This document shows positions 10,086 through 19,980 of a stretch of DNA of 31,531 nt, in pieces. How positions within the stretch are numbered: position 1 is the first letter of the stretch; each line of letters opens with the position of its first letter. Where the stretch lies: assembly GCA_963826525.1 (NCBI GenBank), contig CAWGXH010000011.1, positions 1 to 31,531 on the forward strand, written 5' to 3'. Position numbers and translations under genes: made by a program. This DNA comes from an uncultured Methanomicrobiaceae archaeon (GTDB lineage: Archaea > Halobacteriota > Methanomicrobia > Methanomicrobiales > Methanoculleaceae). A model generated the notes under the pieces. It did no database searches. It saw only the letters and a list, made by a program, of their open reading frames with translations, and was not told the origin of the DNA.

Positions 10086-13032
10086 TCACCGCACCCCCTC
10101 CCCCCTATTCCACTCCCGCACGAGCCGGGCATAGCACCCCTGGCAGATACTCGCCTGCGCCTCCCGGGAGCGGTAGACCGCCTTTCCCGCATCGCAGATC
10201 GTGCACCGCCCGAGATCGACCCGTGCCCGCTCGAAGGTCCGGTGGTCAAGCAGTCCGGGCAGCGGCTTGACCGTCCCCGGCTTCTTCTTCGCCGCTTTCA
10301 GGCAGGCATAGCAGAGGTACTGCTCTCCCCCCCGCAGCACCGACGACGTCGGCCGGCTCCCGCAGACGTGGCAGGGCTCGTCCTTCGCCGCCGGCAGCGG
10401 GATGTAATCGGTTGGGTGCACCATGTGCAGCGGATGTACACCCAATGTACACCGCGTGCTGCCACTGAGCGGCGGCGACTCCTGCGGAACGGCACTGATC
10501 GGAGACCCTACCGCCGTTTTCGCTCCGACATGTACACCATTCTCCAGAGCACAGGCACAGTCGGTGTAAGAAGCAGGAGTACGCTGCCCGGACACTGTCC
10601 CCCGATTCTGGTGTACATCAGGTACTATGAGAGACACTTTTAGTACTAGAGAGAAGAGTATCAGCAGATTCCCCCCCGTTTTCGCCGTTTTTATAGTGGC
10701 AGCACGTGGTGTACATACGGTGTACATCTGCTGCCATGGTGTACATGTCATCGTCGTCGCCATCCCCATCGCCGTCCTCGTCGATCCAGACCGCAGCCCC
10801 GGCGCTCCAGCTCCGATACACCGCGACGTCGAAGAAGTAGTGGTGCTCCCGCCGCCGGACCGTGGTACCGCAGCCGTCCTCCGTCACCGTGGCGTCGACG
10901 CAACTGATTGCCGGGCACTTCTCGAGCAGACCCGCGTGGGTGGTGCCCCGGTTGACGTAGCCGTTCATGATACGCCGCGTCTGGTAGTAGGAGAGGCCCA
11001 GCGCCTGCTGAAGCCTGCTTGATGGTGAAGACAGGGACGCCCATCGCCTCGACCGTCTTGAGGGCCGCCGCCTCGTTCCGGGTGAGTTTCGTCTCCTGCC
11101 CCCCGGCCACCCCGTTGAGAGAGGCATAGAGGTCGACCGCGGCCTTGAAGTCCTCCCGATTCGCGAGAATGCAGACATCGCCCGACGCCGACGGCACCTG
11201 TTCGCGCTGCAGGCACCGGAGCAGGGCGTGACATTTGATGAGGTCGAAGAGGATGCCGGGGTTTCTGCGGTTCGCGGCGTTCGAGAACTGGATCCGGGTC
11301 GCGAACGGGATGATGACGTGAACGAGGCGCTCCTTGAGGAACGTCCAGATCGCACGGCAGATATGCACCTCCTCCGGCACCGGCGCGACCCCGGGAGCCC
11401 GTGCCTCACATGCCTTGAGATGCTCGAGCACCGCCCGGTCCTGCTCCGCGGAGTCGTCGATCCAGACGGTGAGCATCCGGTTCGCCACCTGGTCGTCACC
11501 GATATTCTCGACCTTTGCGAGCCACCAGACGCACCGCTCCGGAATGGTGCAGACGCGGAGCTGCCGGTCGATGGTTACCGTCTGGTGCTCGATCCGTTCG
11601 CGGAAGTTCGCCGTGGCCGCCTTCAGAAGCTCCTGCAGATCGTCGGAGAGCGAGACGTCGTCGAAGAGGAAGACCGTGCCGGGGCACAATCGGTCGTTGT
11701 AGTAGAGCGCCTTGTCGCTGACCGTGCCTGCGAGACGGTACTGCTCCGGTACCTGCTTGAGCATCGCATTGCAGGCGTGCGTCTTGCCCTTGCCGGAGTT
11801 GCCGGAGATGGCGACGTGCAGCCCTCTGGTGTTTGCGATCGACTGTGAGGCTATCGACATGATGAGGCACTTCGCCACTGCGGCATCGCCGACGTGCTCT
11901 TTACCGAAGGTCTCGAGGAGGAACGCGAGCGGGTCGCCGTTCTGCAGGATGGCGAGCGCCTTCTCCCGGTGCTCGTCATCGGCCGGTGCCGGTTTTGGAG
12001 AGGGTGCGGGAGTCTCCTCCCGCTTTTTCTTCTCCGGTTTCTGCGTCCGCTTCTCGTAACCTGCCCGGAGCTCCGGCCAACGCTGCGTGCCGCCGCCGCA
12101 GGCTCTGGTGGTGGCACCCGGCGAAGATCGCGCCGCTCGCGAACTGGATCGCGAACGCTCCGTCCCTGTGCGCCGCCGAGAACGGGCAGTCCTCGAGGGT
12201 GTAGAGCGTCCCGCCCCGGTAGGGTTTCGCCGACCGGACGGCGATCTTGTGGTCGAGCAGCCAGCCGGCGAGGTCGATCGCCCCCGCCCTTCTTCGGCGC
12301 CGGCGGCTCGTCCTTCGGGAGCAGCCCGGCGAGGTGGGTGAGCCTTTCGGCCGGAACGACTGCGAGTTCATCGGGAACCGCGAGCAGCCTCGCCCTGCGG
12401 TGCGGCCGCTCCGCCGTGTTGTCGCCCTTCCGCGAGACCGTGCCGTAGAGCTTCCAGATCCGGGCGGCGTTGTAGTTCGCAGTATCGACGGTGACCTGCT
12501 CGTTCGAGAAGAGGGCGTCGAGGGTCGCGAGGCAGCCCTTCACGAGCCCGGTCGCTGCCTCGTCGTTGGATAAGTCGATCCGGTAGAGGAGGTGGGCGCC
12601 GTTCCCCGAGTCGGCCTTGACCGGCGCCGGGAACCCCTGCTCGCCGAGCCAGGCGGCGATCCGCCCGGCCGTCGCGAGCGCGAGGTCGTGCTCGTCGTCC
12701 GTCGACGAGACCCCGCTCGGCCGGACCGGGTCGATATCGACCGGCAGCCACCGGCGTTTCACGATGTCCGCATCGCTCGTCGTCGCGTCCTTCTTACCGA
12801 GGCGCATCTTGATCCGGTTCGCCCGCCGGGCGAGGAGCGCCGGGTTGACGGGATTGAGGGTGACGTAGATCCCGGCAACCTCCGGGTCGGCGTCGAGCAC
12901 CTCCGCCCGTGCGGCGAGTTCGCTGCGGTCGTCGAAGTAGCCGGAGTGGACGGCACTCTCGGCGAGCGCCCGGACCTCCACGACGCCCTCCGGAGCGATG
13001 ACCTGCACGGCCTGCAGTATCGCGTCGCTCAT
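10086..13032 (-). CDS. Putative replication protein: AEP-like primase + Zn-binding domain + P-loop helicase + C-terminal Cys-rich domain (~980 aa; frameshifts at about 12290, 12100, 11015 and 10745)
   Basis: VDIDP (DxD), DSGNGAHLLY, VDTANYNAARIWKLYGT (AEP motifs I-III); CPF..H...CHH..C; Walker A GNSGKGKT and FLFDD; four CxxC pairs at the C-terminus. ATGA overlap with the upstream gene. Confidence 0.75.
10416..10747. repeat. Iteron-like array and long inverted repeat (putative replication origin) inside the rep gene
   Basis: ATGTACACC at 10434, 10445, 10530; its reverse complement GGTGTACAT at 10610, 10708, 10719, 10738. 10433-10466 and 10695-10728 form a 34-bp IR with 3 mismatches. Confidence 0.8.
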
Positions 13033-13368
13033 GCCGTCACCCCCGGGATGAGGGGGAAGAGGGGAGCGCTCGCTGCCTCCCCCCGGGCGACCCGCTGCAG
13101 GCTGACGAGCGGGATGATGAACGACCCGGCACGGGTGTGGAGCACCACGGCTTTGCCGGTGCAGTTCACCGTTGCGTGCCCTTCGATCGTCGTTCTGCCC
13201 ATCGGTGTCCCGCCGTCGCGGATGACGCGGTCCTGCACGAACCGGCACGACTCTGCCCGAGAAGAGCAGGTGTTTGACGTCCTCGGCATCGATCCGGTAG
13301 TGCTCGGCATCGACCGCGACGTGGAGCGTGCCGCCGGTGCCGTAGGCGAGCGTCCCCGGCTCACTCAT
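13029..13368 (-). CDS. Hypothetical protein (~112 aa) of the rep operon; frameshift at about 13240
   Basis: MSEPGTLAYG...SGRVVPV joins QDRVIRDGG...PLFPLIPGVTA*. Overlaps genes on both sides (translational coupling). Confidence 0.7.
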
Positions 13369-13714
13369 CGCCGCCCGCCTCCCCGGCAAGGACGGTGACC
13401 GCGTAGCAGTGCCCGGCGGTGCCGACGACGTGGATCTCGCGGAGCGCCCGCTTGTGCCGGGCGACCTCGGCTGCGACCACCTGGGCGATCAGGTAGAGCG
13501 GAACCGCTTTCGGGGCGGACACGCTTATATCGTTGGAGTGCCGATTACCATTGGCGGTCCGGTTCATCCTGGTGCTGTGAACATTTGGTTGTGCCTGGCT
13601 GCCGCCGTAGATTCTATCGTCTTCTCTTCTCGCTTCATTCAGGACAGAGGAGCCCCGCTGCTCTCCGGGGGCTGTGATCGCGTCCCGGGTTCCTTCTTCC
13701 GGTTTCGGTTTCAT
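13361..13714 (-). CDS. Hypothetical protein, first gene of the rep operon
   Basis: GAGG before ATG 13714; stop overlaps the next start; structured C-terminal half (VPLYLIAQVVAAE...CYAVTV). Confidence 0.6.
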   Translation of the reverse strand: MKPKPEEGTRDAITAPGEQRGSSVLNEARREDDRIYGGSQAQPNVHSTRMNRTANGNRHSNDISVSAPKAVPLYLIAQVVAAEVARHKRALREIHVVGTAGHCYAVTVLAGEAGGDE

Positions 13715-13810
13715 GTGTAACCTCGCGGCTCTAGATCGCGGTGCACCGGCGCCCTCTGCACGAGACGGCTCTTCTCCGCGCACCGCTTAATGCAGCGTGC
13801 GGGTACACGG

Positions 13811-13820
13811 CTTAAAAAGG
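13811..13820 (-). promoter_or_regulatory. TATA box of the rep operon
   Basis: CCTTTTTAAG on the minus strand in GC-rich context, about 100 nt upstream of ATG 13714. Confidence 0.45.
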
Positions 13821-13933
13821 TGTGGGATGTAGGCGAAGGGTGAAAACGGCGGTTATTTAACCGTTACTTGACCGGAAAAGGTTGAATTGGCCGGAGAGGG
13901 GGCGGATAGGATATTCCCCGCCGGGAAGGGGCA

Positions 13934-15088
13934 TTATGCCGCGCCGGATTTTCCCATCTGTTCGCAGACGGCGAGCACCTGCTCGGGGGTGAACCGGAGC
14001 AGGACCTCCCGGGTTCGCCCGCGGTCGGTGCGGAGCGGCAGGTCGATGAGCCCCGCCTCCTCGAGCCGCTTTAACCGTGCCCGGCAGGCCGTCTCGCTGC
14101 TCACGGCATACCCCTGCGCCGCCTCGTAGACCGCTCCCGCCGTCATATCCGCACCGGTATCCCGTGCCATCTCTGCGATGCGGGAGAGCAGGGCACGCTC
14201 GCCCTCCTTCAGGTCCGCGGCCCGCTTCTGCAGGGTCGGCGTGACGATCGACCGGGATGCGGCCATCACGTCCTGTCTGGTGACCGTCCGGCGCCCGTCG
14301 CTCTCCGCGTTCTCGGCCGCTATCCGGACGAGGTCGATCCCGACCCGGATGTCCCGCTCCTGTGCGGCGATCTCCGCGATGAGGGCAATGTTCGCCTGCG
14401 ACACCACGTTCGGGTAGAGCCCCTGCCGGATCCGCTCGCCGAGGATCTCCCGGATCTCCGGCCGTGCATACGGCTGGAAGAAGACCTCCGTCGGGTGGAA
14501 GACCGACCGGACGCGTTCGTCGACCTCGCCGGCAAGGTTCAGGGCAAGATCGCTCGATACCGCGAAGACGCCGGCCTTCCGGACGTCCCACGACTCGTAG
14601 AGCCGGAGGAGCCGGTAGAGGAGATCGTTCAGCTGCCGCGCTTCGTGCAGGTAGTTGGCGTCGTCCAGGCAGACGAGGAGCGCGGCGTCCCGGTCATGGA
14701 GCCGTTTCGTGATGCTGCCGACGACATCGTCGAGGTGCCTGCCGGCCGACGGGGGAGCGTAGCCGACGAGTTTTTCGTAGATGCACGAAAAGACGGCGAA
14801 CGGTGTCCGGTGCTGCTGGCAGTTGATGTACACCGGGACGAGCTTCTGCGTCGCCTCCTCGATCTCCGCGAAGAGCCGGTGGACGGTGGTGGTCTTGCCG
14901 GTCCCGGGCGGGCCGCGGAGGATAGCGCTCCTCGGGCTGCCGCCCCGGACGGCCGGCCGGGCGAGGAGGGCGAGTTCGCGGATCTGGGCGTCGCGGTGGT
15001 GGAGTTGGTCGGGGACAAAAGTGAACTCGAAGACCTCGCGATCCCGGAAGAGCGTCTGGTCGTAGCGCAGGGTTTCTTTCTGCCTCAT
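13934..15088 (-). CDS. cdc6: ORC1-type DNA replication initiator Cdc6/Orc1 paralog
   Basis: LFRDREVF, HRDAQI, Walker A GPPGTGKTT, YINC, LDDANYL, RVRS, F.PY, DIRVGIDL, C-terminal wHTH with GRTRE. TTTTATAT box at about 15114-15121. Confidence 0.92.
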   Translation of the reverse strand: MRQKETLRYDQTLFRDREVFEFTFVPDQLHHRDAQIRELALLARPAVRGGSPRSAILRGPPGTGKTTTVHRLFAEIEEATQKLVPVYINCQQHRTPFAVFSCIYEKLVGYAPPSAGRHLDDVVGSITKRLHDRDAALLVCLDDANYLHEARQLNDLLYRLLRLYESWDVRKAGVFAVSSDLALNLAGEVDERVRSVFHPTEVFFQPYARPEIREILGERIRQGLYPNVVSQANIALIAEIAAQERDIRVGIDLVRIAAENAESDGRRTVTRQDVMAASRSIVTPTLQKRAADLKEGERALLSRIAEMARDTGADMTAGAVYEAAQGYAVSSETACRARLKRLEEAGLIDLPLRTDRGRTREVLLRFTPEQVLAVCEQMGKSGAA

Positions 15089-15220
15089 AGGTAAGCGTTC
15101 AGGAAACGGAGGCATATAAAATCGCGGCGGGCGCGGGTCGAAAGTGAAGGAGAGGGTTTCCGGCACGCCGCCGGACCTACTCGCCATCGCCAGCGGCGGG
15201 GGTGCTGACAAGCCCACCGG

Positions 15221-15580
15221 TCATTCACGGCTCACTGCGGCGGCGACGATCCGCTCGCTCATCATGGTGTACATCCAGTGCTGGTAGAAATCGGCCGCCC
15301 GGATCGACGCCGTGCTCCCGGAGGGGGTCGAGCATCCTGTCGATGACGGCACTCTTCTCATCGATCTGCAAGGTATTCAGGACCCGGATTCGGGCAGAGG
15401 TCTCGGCAATGGTCTTGAATGGCACTGGGGCTCCGGCGATCAGATGCCGGTAATCGATATCCAGTTCGGGGGTTGCTTCGTGTACGTGCGTATAGTAATC
15501 TGCAGTGCGTGTATCGTCCAGAAAAACACCTCCGTAACAACGGATACGGGACCCGAGCAGATAAATCTCCCCGGAGGAGC
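15221..15580 (-). pseudogene. 3' remnant of an unidentified gene
   Basis: Protein-like EIYLLGSRIRCYGGVFLDD...HGVDP, continuing after a frameshift as AADFYQHWMYTMMSERIVAAAVSRE*. No credible 5' end. Confidence 0.4.
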
Positions 15581-16201
15581 GCGAAAGTGTTTTCGCGGCT
15601 TTGGAGTGGGACCAGGGACGGCACGCGGAGGACTGATAGACGCAGAGCCAGTGCCCGGGTTTAACTGGAATAGAGCACAACGAAAAGAACATCCAAACAG
15701 ATAAAATTTCAAAACAACTGCAAAAGGTATGCTGCTAAGGAGAGTTCAGGATCGGAGTCGTCTGCGTTTTCCTTTTCGAATTTTCTCACCATTTTATTCC
15801 TCTTTAGTTTTGCAAGCTATCTTATAACTTTCATAGATTATGAATGTTTTCCTTACAATTTGTAGCATTTTTGCATCGGCACTTTTCACCCATCGTTTTC
15901 CCCTGTTGGAACGGCATGGTTATGCTCGGTTTTGAGAGGATTCTTGTCGGTAGGACAAACCATCGATAGTTTCACGCCTCGTGCAGGCCGGGGAGGGGTC
16001 GGCGCCACACGGCCGCCTAATCGCCCTAGCCTGTGATCGCACCCGCCGAATGATGCCACCGATGCACGAGCCCCCAGAGCACGCTTCTCGAAGAACGGTC
16101 CCCGTAGCCACCCAACGTCTGCCGAATAGCCAGCTCCGTCAAGTATGATGAAGAACCGAGGATTCTGCTACAGCGACCATCTACCCCGGACTTTTACGAC
16201 A

Positions 16202-16264
16202 TCACGATACCGAGACGGAAATCATGATGACTTTCGGCGGCGTGAGCGCCGGAAGTTTAGGCAT
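16202..16264 (-). pseudogene. hicA: Truncated HicA toxin
   Basis: MPKLPALTPPKVI, a typical HicA N-terminus, overlaps the hicB stop and terminates after 20 codons. Confidence 0.65.
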
Positions 16265-16497
16265 GGACTTCGACGGTGAGGGTGTATTCCAGGAGTCCTT
16301 CCTCGGTGGGAATATCCTCGCCCTTATCCTGGAGGTCTTCAATGGTAGATCTCGATGGCCTCCCGTGCCATCGCTATCGCCTCATCGACGGTCTCCCCGA
16401 AGGTGACGCAGCCGGGAAGGGTCGGCACGGTGACGGTATACCCGCCTTCAGGCTCCTTCCGGAGGAGGATACGGTACTGCAGGTGTCTCATCATCAT
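16257..16497 (-). CDS. hicB: HicB-family antitoxin; frameshift at about 16345
   Basis: YRILLRKEPEGGYTVTVPTLPGCVTFGETVDEAIAMAREAIEIY joins IEDLQDKGEDIPTEE. Confidence 0.9.
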
Positions 16498-16728
16498 TGC
16501 ACCCCTGCTCGTGATAGTACCGTTATCCCGATGATGTATAAAGGGTATCCGTGCGGGTGTCACCTGCTGTTGATACCCCACGAAGAGCACATTCACAGGC
16601 CTACAGTGAGCCTGGTGGTCTGTTTGAACTCTGCTTGTGAAAATCCGAGCGTCAGGATATCCTCTGGGAGCAGAAGCATCGGAGATCAGAAAACCAATGG
16701 TTAAATCGCCAGAGGTGCATCGACATCT

Positions 16729-17428
16729 ATGGAAGAGTCTCGGAAGAAGCAGATACTCAATATTCTGAGTGGTTCTTACTTCAGGATCGAACCTCACGAG
16801 GAATCTCTTGCTATCTATGATATCGCGCTCACGCACAGCTCATTTGCCAATGAGATGAAGCAGAAGAATATGCCCTGCAAAGATAATGAGAAATTAGAGT
16901 TTTTTGGCAATTATCTCCTTGATTATGTTATTGCTGGACATCTGTATGACTCAAGCGAGTATGATCCGGGAGAAATGAATAAATGGATAAAAGTAACAGC
17001 AAACGCAAATCTGGCGGATATCGTCGTGAAAAATGATCTCAAAATTGACGAGGCACTACTTTTGGGGAGCGGCACAAAACTGACGATGAAGATGACTGCT
17101 AATGCCTTTGAAGCGTTCATCGGTGCAATTCATTGTGCTGAAGGGATAGAAAAAGCGCGTGAGGTTATCCTTGGCATATTTATCGAAGAACTCAAGACCT
17201 TCGACCCTGAAGGCAATTATATAGGCAGACTCAAAGAGCATGTTGAACGGCACTCGTTAGGAGGATTGAAATACAGCCCTTCTGACGAAGGCCCCGACCA
17301 CAAGAAAGTATGGAAAGCAGACTGTCTATCTTAATGGGGAAGAACTTGCGCACGGTGTCGGTTTCACCAAAAAACGAGCCGAAATGAACGCCGCACGCGA
17401 GGCGCTACAGAAACTGAATGTAGGGTAA
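16729..17428 (+). CDS. rnc: Ribonuclease III-family protein with dsRBD and altered active site; frameshift at about 17320
   Basis: ALTHSS, NEKLEFFGN, ANAFEAFIGAI, EGPDHKK, GVGFTKKRAEMNAAREAL. Confidence 0.88.
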
Positions 17429-17616
17429 CCACTTATTGAGGCTCCCCATCCTCCTCGCATTCCAAGATGAACGCTCCCTGATACCCGCACTGCCTACAGT
17501 AATACAGAGTTGCATATAGGCCACGGGCGTCCCAATAGATATCAGTGCTCCGACATATCGGGCAGCTGATAACCTTCCGGGTCATTTCATTCAGCCTCCT
17601 CTGAAGATCCTATAGA

Positions 17617-18358
17617 CTAAGATGATGAAATATCACAAATTAAACGGCACCTCCTATACCGTCTCGAATATTCTGATAAAACATTTTCAAGTTCAGCACG
17701 AATCCTGTAACGTTTCGCCACAAAGAAGAATACGATTTCATTGTCAGTAATCCACAACGGATTTGTCTTTGTTTCATCACGTAATTCCTGCACTCTCCAG
17801 TGTATGATACTCCTCATGATCCTCTCGTGGATAGTGTTGGTAGAGCATCAGGAGGGAATCTTCACTCATGCGATCAAGCAGAGATTTGACTTCTGAATAC
17901 AGTATGTGCTTGTGGGACGACTTCTTTACCTCCAGGCCGTTGTCCGGATCAACAAAAACCAGCGCTGATTCCAAAATGTCTTTGGGGATATTCGAGAAGT
18001 ATTCCTGACGTTTTCTGTGCGTAAAGTATTCTTCCAGAGAGTGATCTGACGAATCATAAATCTTCGTTTGGATTCCCTTCTTTTCGAAAAAATACCCAAT
18101 CTCTGTAAAATCTCTGTCTTCCGGCGCAATCGAATGATATTTATGAAGATACTTGACCAGTTCATCATTCCCTGACCCCGGACGACCCTGCATTCGCTTA
18201 TCGTTAAAACCTCGTCTGTTACCGTCGGTTCGGGTATCGTTTGCCGTGAGCATCGGAATAAAAGAAAACTGCTTGAGGGTCGGGCACTGCTGCATGATCT
18301 GCTGAATCAAGTCGTATTTGAACAGGTCCCGGATATCGCCGAAGTACTGGTTTTTCAT
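17617..18358 (-). CDS. Conserved hypothetical protein (MKNQYFGD..D..KY; VFVDPDNG), possibly Rossmann methyltransferase-like; frameshift at about 17810
   Basis: Two abutting ORFs join into one of about 246 aa with recognisable motifs. Confidence 0.7.
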
Positions 18359-18694
18359 GACAAACAGCCTGACCGAAGGGCGCTAATGGTGGTACTGGGA
18401 GATGAAGTAGCATTACTTTTTCTCATGGGAATGTATCGAGCGTGAGGAGGATACGGACAGAAGATGTCTCGAAGAACAAAGAAGGATCAATCAGAGAGCA
18501 GAGCTGAAACAAGAAGCGCCGGTTCATCGAGGATATGACCGTATCATGGCAGAAGGCAACTTCGTCGAGCCTGAATCGGGACACCCCGGATACAAACTGA
18601 CCGCACGCTCTTGAGAATGTGAATTCGTTTTCACCCGCACCCGAATCCTTTATCTCCTCCCACTCCAACATCTACTCAAAGTTGAAAGTCGCTT

Positions 18695-19037
18695 ATGCCT
18701 GACGATCTGATAGCAATCGTGGAAGAGTCCGAGGATGTGAACAGCGCCCTCATCTCCCGGGTACGCCTGGAGATACTGTGGGCGCTCTCCGAGCTCGGCG
18801 AAGACGGGGCCACCGCACGCCAGCTCAAGGCCGGGCTGAACCTGAGCGACGGGGTGCTCTACGCAAACCTCAAGAAACTCGTCGGGATGGGATATCTCCG
18901 CTCCGAGAAAGTGACCCTCGAAGGAAAAGAACTCGAGCCTCTACGCCATCACCCCGGAAGGGCTTGCTGAGTGGCGGCGTGTCCGGGGCTGGCTCTGCAA
19001 ACTCCTGGGCTGCAAAGGTGATATCTGTGAGCGATAG
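18695..19037 (+). CDS. ArsR/PadR-like winged-helix regulator; frameshift at about 18940
   Basis: RLEILWAL...LNLSDGVLYANLKKLVGMGYL joins LYAITPEGLAEW. Confidence 0.85.
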
Positions 19038-19557
19038 AAGCAAAGCCATTGCCTGCTTTCGGGGAGCGGGATTCCGGATGGATACAGACCAGTTCGAGCA
19101 CCGGCTCATCGCCCAGAAGCTCGTCTACCTGCTGAAGCTGAAGGGCGTCGAGTTCGGGTATCCGTTTCACCTCTACGTCCGGGGACCCTACTCGCCGGTC
19201 TTTGCACGGGAGTACTACCAGCACGCCGACGAATTTTCCCGGTGCGAGACGGCGAGCACGCTCTCGCCTGGCGAGGCGGACTCGGTTGCCGAGCTCACCG
19301 GCCTCTTCGACAAAAGCCCCTCTCTGCTTGAGATCGGGGCGACCTACGGGTATCTGGCCTACGAGCTGCACCACCCGCCGCAGCAGGCGTACCGGATCGT
19401 CCGGAGAATGAAGTCCTTCTACTCCAATGAGCAGATCGTCAAGGGCGTCAACCGGGCGAAGCAGTTCCTCTTCGTCCCCACCGACGAAGAGACGGCGGCG
19501 CTCGAAGCCGAGCTAGAGGAGTGGCAGCGGGCCGGCATCCGGTCGATGAGGCATTAG
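19027..19557 (+). CDS. SocA/YwgA (Panacea-like) putative antitoxin
   Basis: GTG start overlapping the regulator; RLIAQKLVYL and F.LY.RGPYS motifs. Confidence 0.75.
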   Translation: MSDRSKAIACFRGAGFRMDTDQFEHRLIAQKLVYLLKLKGVEFGYPFHLYVRGPYSPVFAREYYQHADEFSRCETASTLSPGEADSVAELTGLFDKSPSLLEIGATYGYLAYELHHPPQQAYRIVRRMKSFYSNEQIVKGVNRAKQFLFVPTDEETAALEAELEEWQRAGIRSMRH

Positions 19558-19558
19558 G

Positions 19559-19894
19559 ATGCGTCGAATCAGGGGCGACATCTGGTTCGTCGATCTCACC
19601 GACGCTCGGGGACACGAACAGAGCGGGCTGCGTCCTGCGGTGGTGCTCGCCGTCGCCTACGGGGGTATGACCATCGTGGTCCCGCTCACGACGACTCTGG
19701 CGGCTTTTTCGTTCCCGCACACCCACGGCATCGAGAAAAGTTCACAGAACGGGCTCTCCTCCAACAGTGCGGCGCTGATCTTCCAGATCGTTGCCCTCTC
19801 GGAAGACCGTTTCGTCCGGAAGATCGGGCGGTGCTCGGTCGCGGATATGGAAGCGATAAGCGTTCTTTTGAAGGATCTGTTGTCGCTGGAATAG
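19559..19894 (+). CDS. mazF: PemK/MazF-family endoribonuclease toxin
   Basis: RGDIWFVDL...GHEQSGLRPAVV...VVPLTT...Q...RF.RKIG. Confidence 0.92.
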   Translation: MRRIRGDIWFVDLTDARGHEQSGLRPAVVLAVAYGGMTIVVPLTTTLAAFSFPHTHGIEKSSQNGLSSNSAALIFQIVALSEDRFVRKIGRCSVADMEAISVLLKDLLSLE

Positions 19895-19980
19895 CGAGCA
19901 GACATCTCCCGAACTGGCAGGACGCGCTCATTCCATGAGAACGTCTTGCAACAGGGCACCTGTTGGAGAAGAGAAGGGGA

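Noticed and set aside
14645-14670. Cdc6 Walker B reads DD instead of DE
   Set aside because: LDDxNYL is normal for this euryarchaeal ORC1-type subfamily.
18423-18671. 82-aa ORF upstream of the TA operon
   Set aside because: No motif or RBS support; likely intergenic or remnant.
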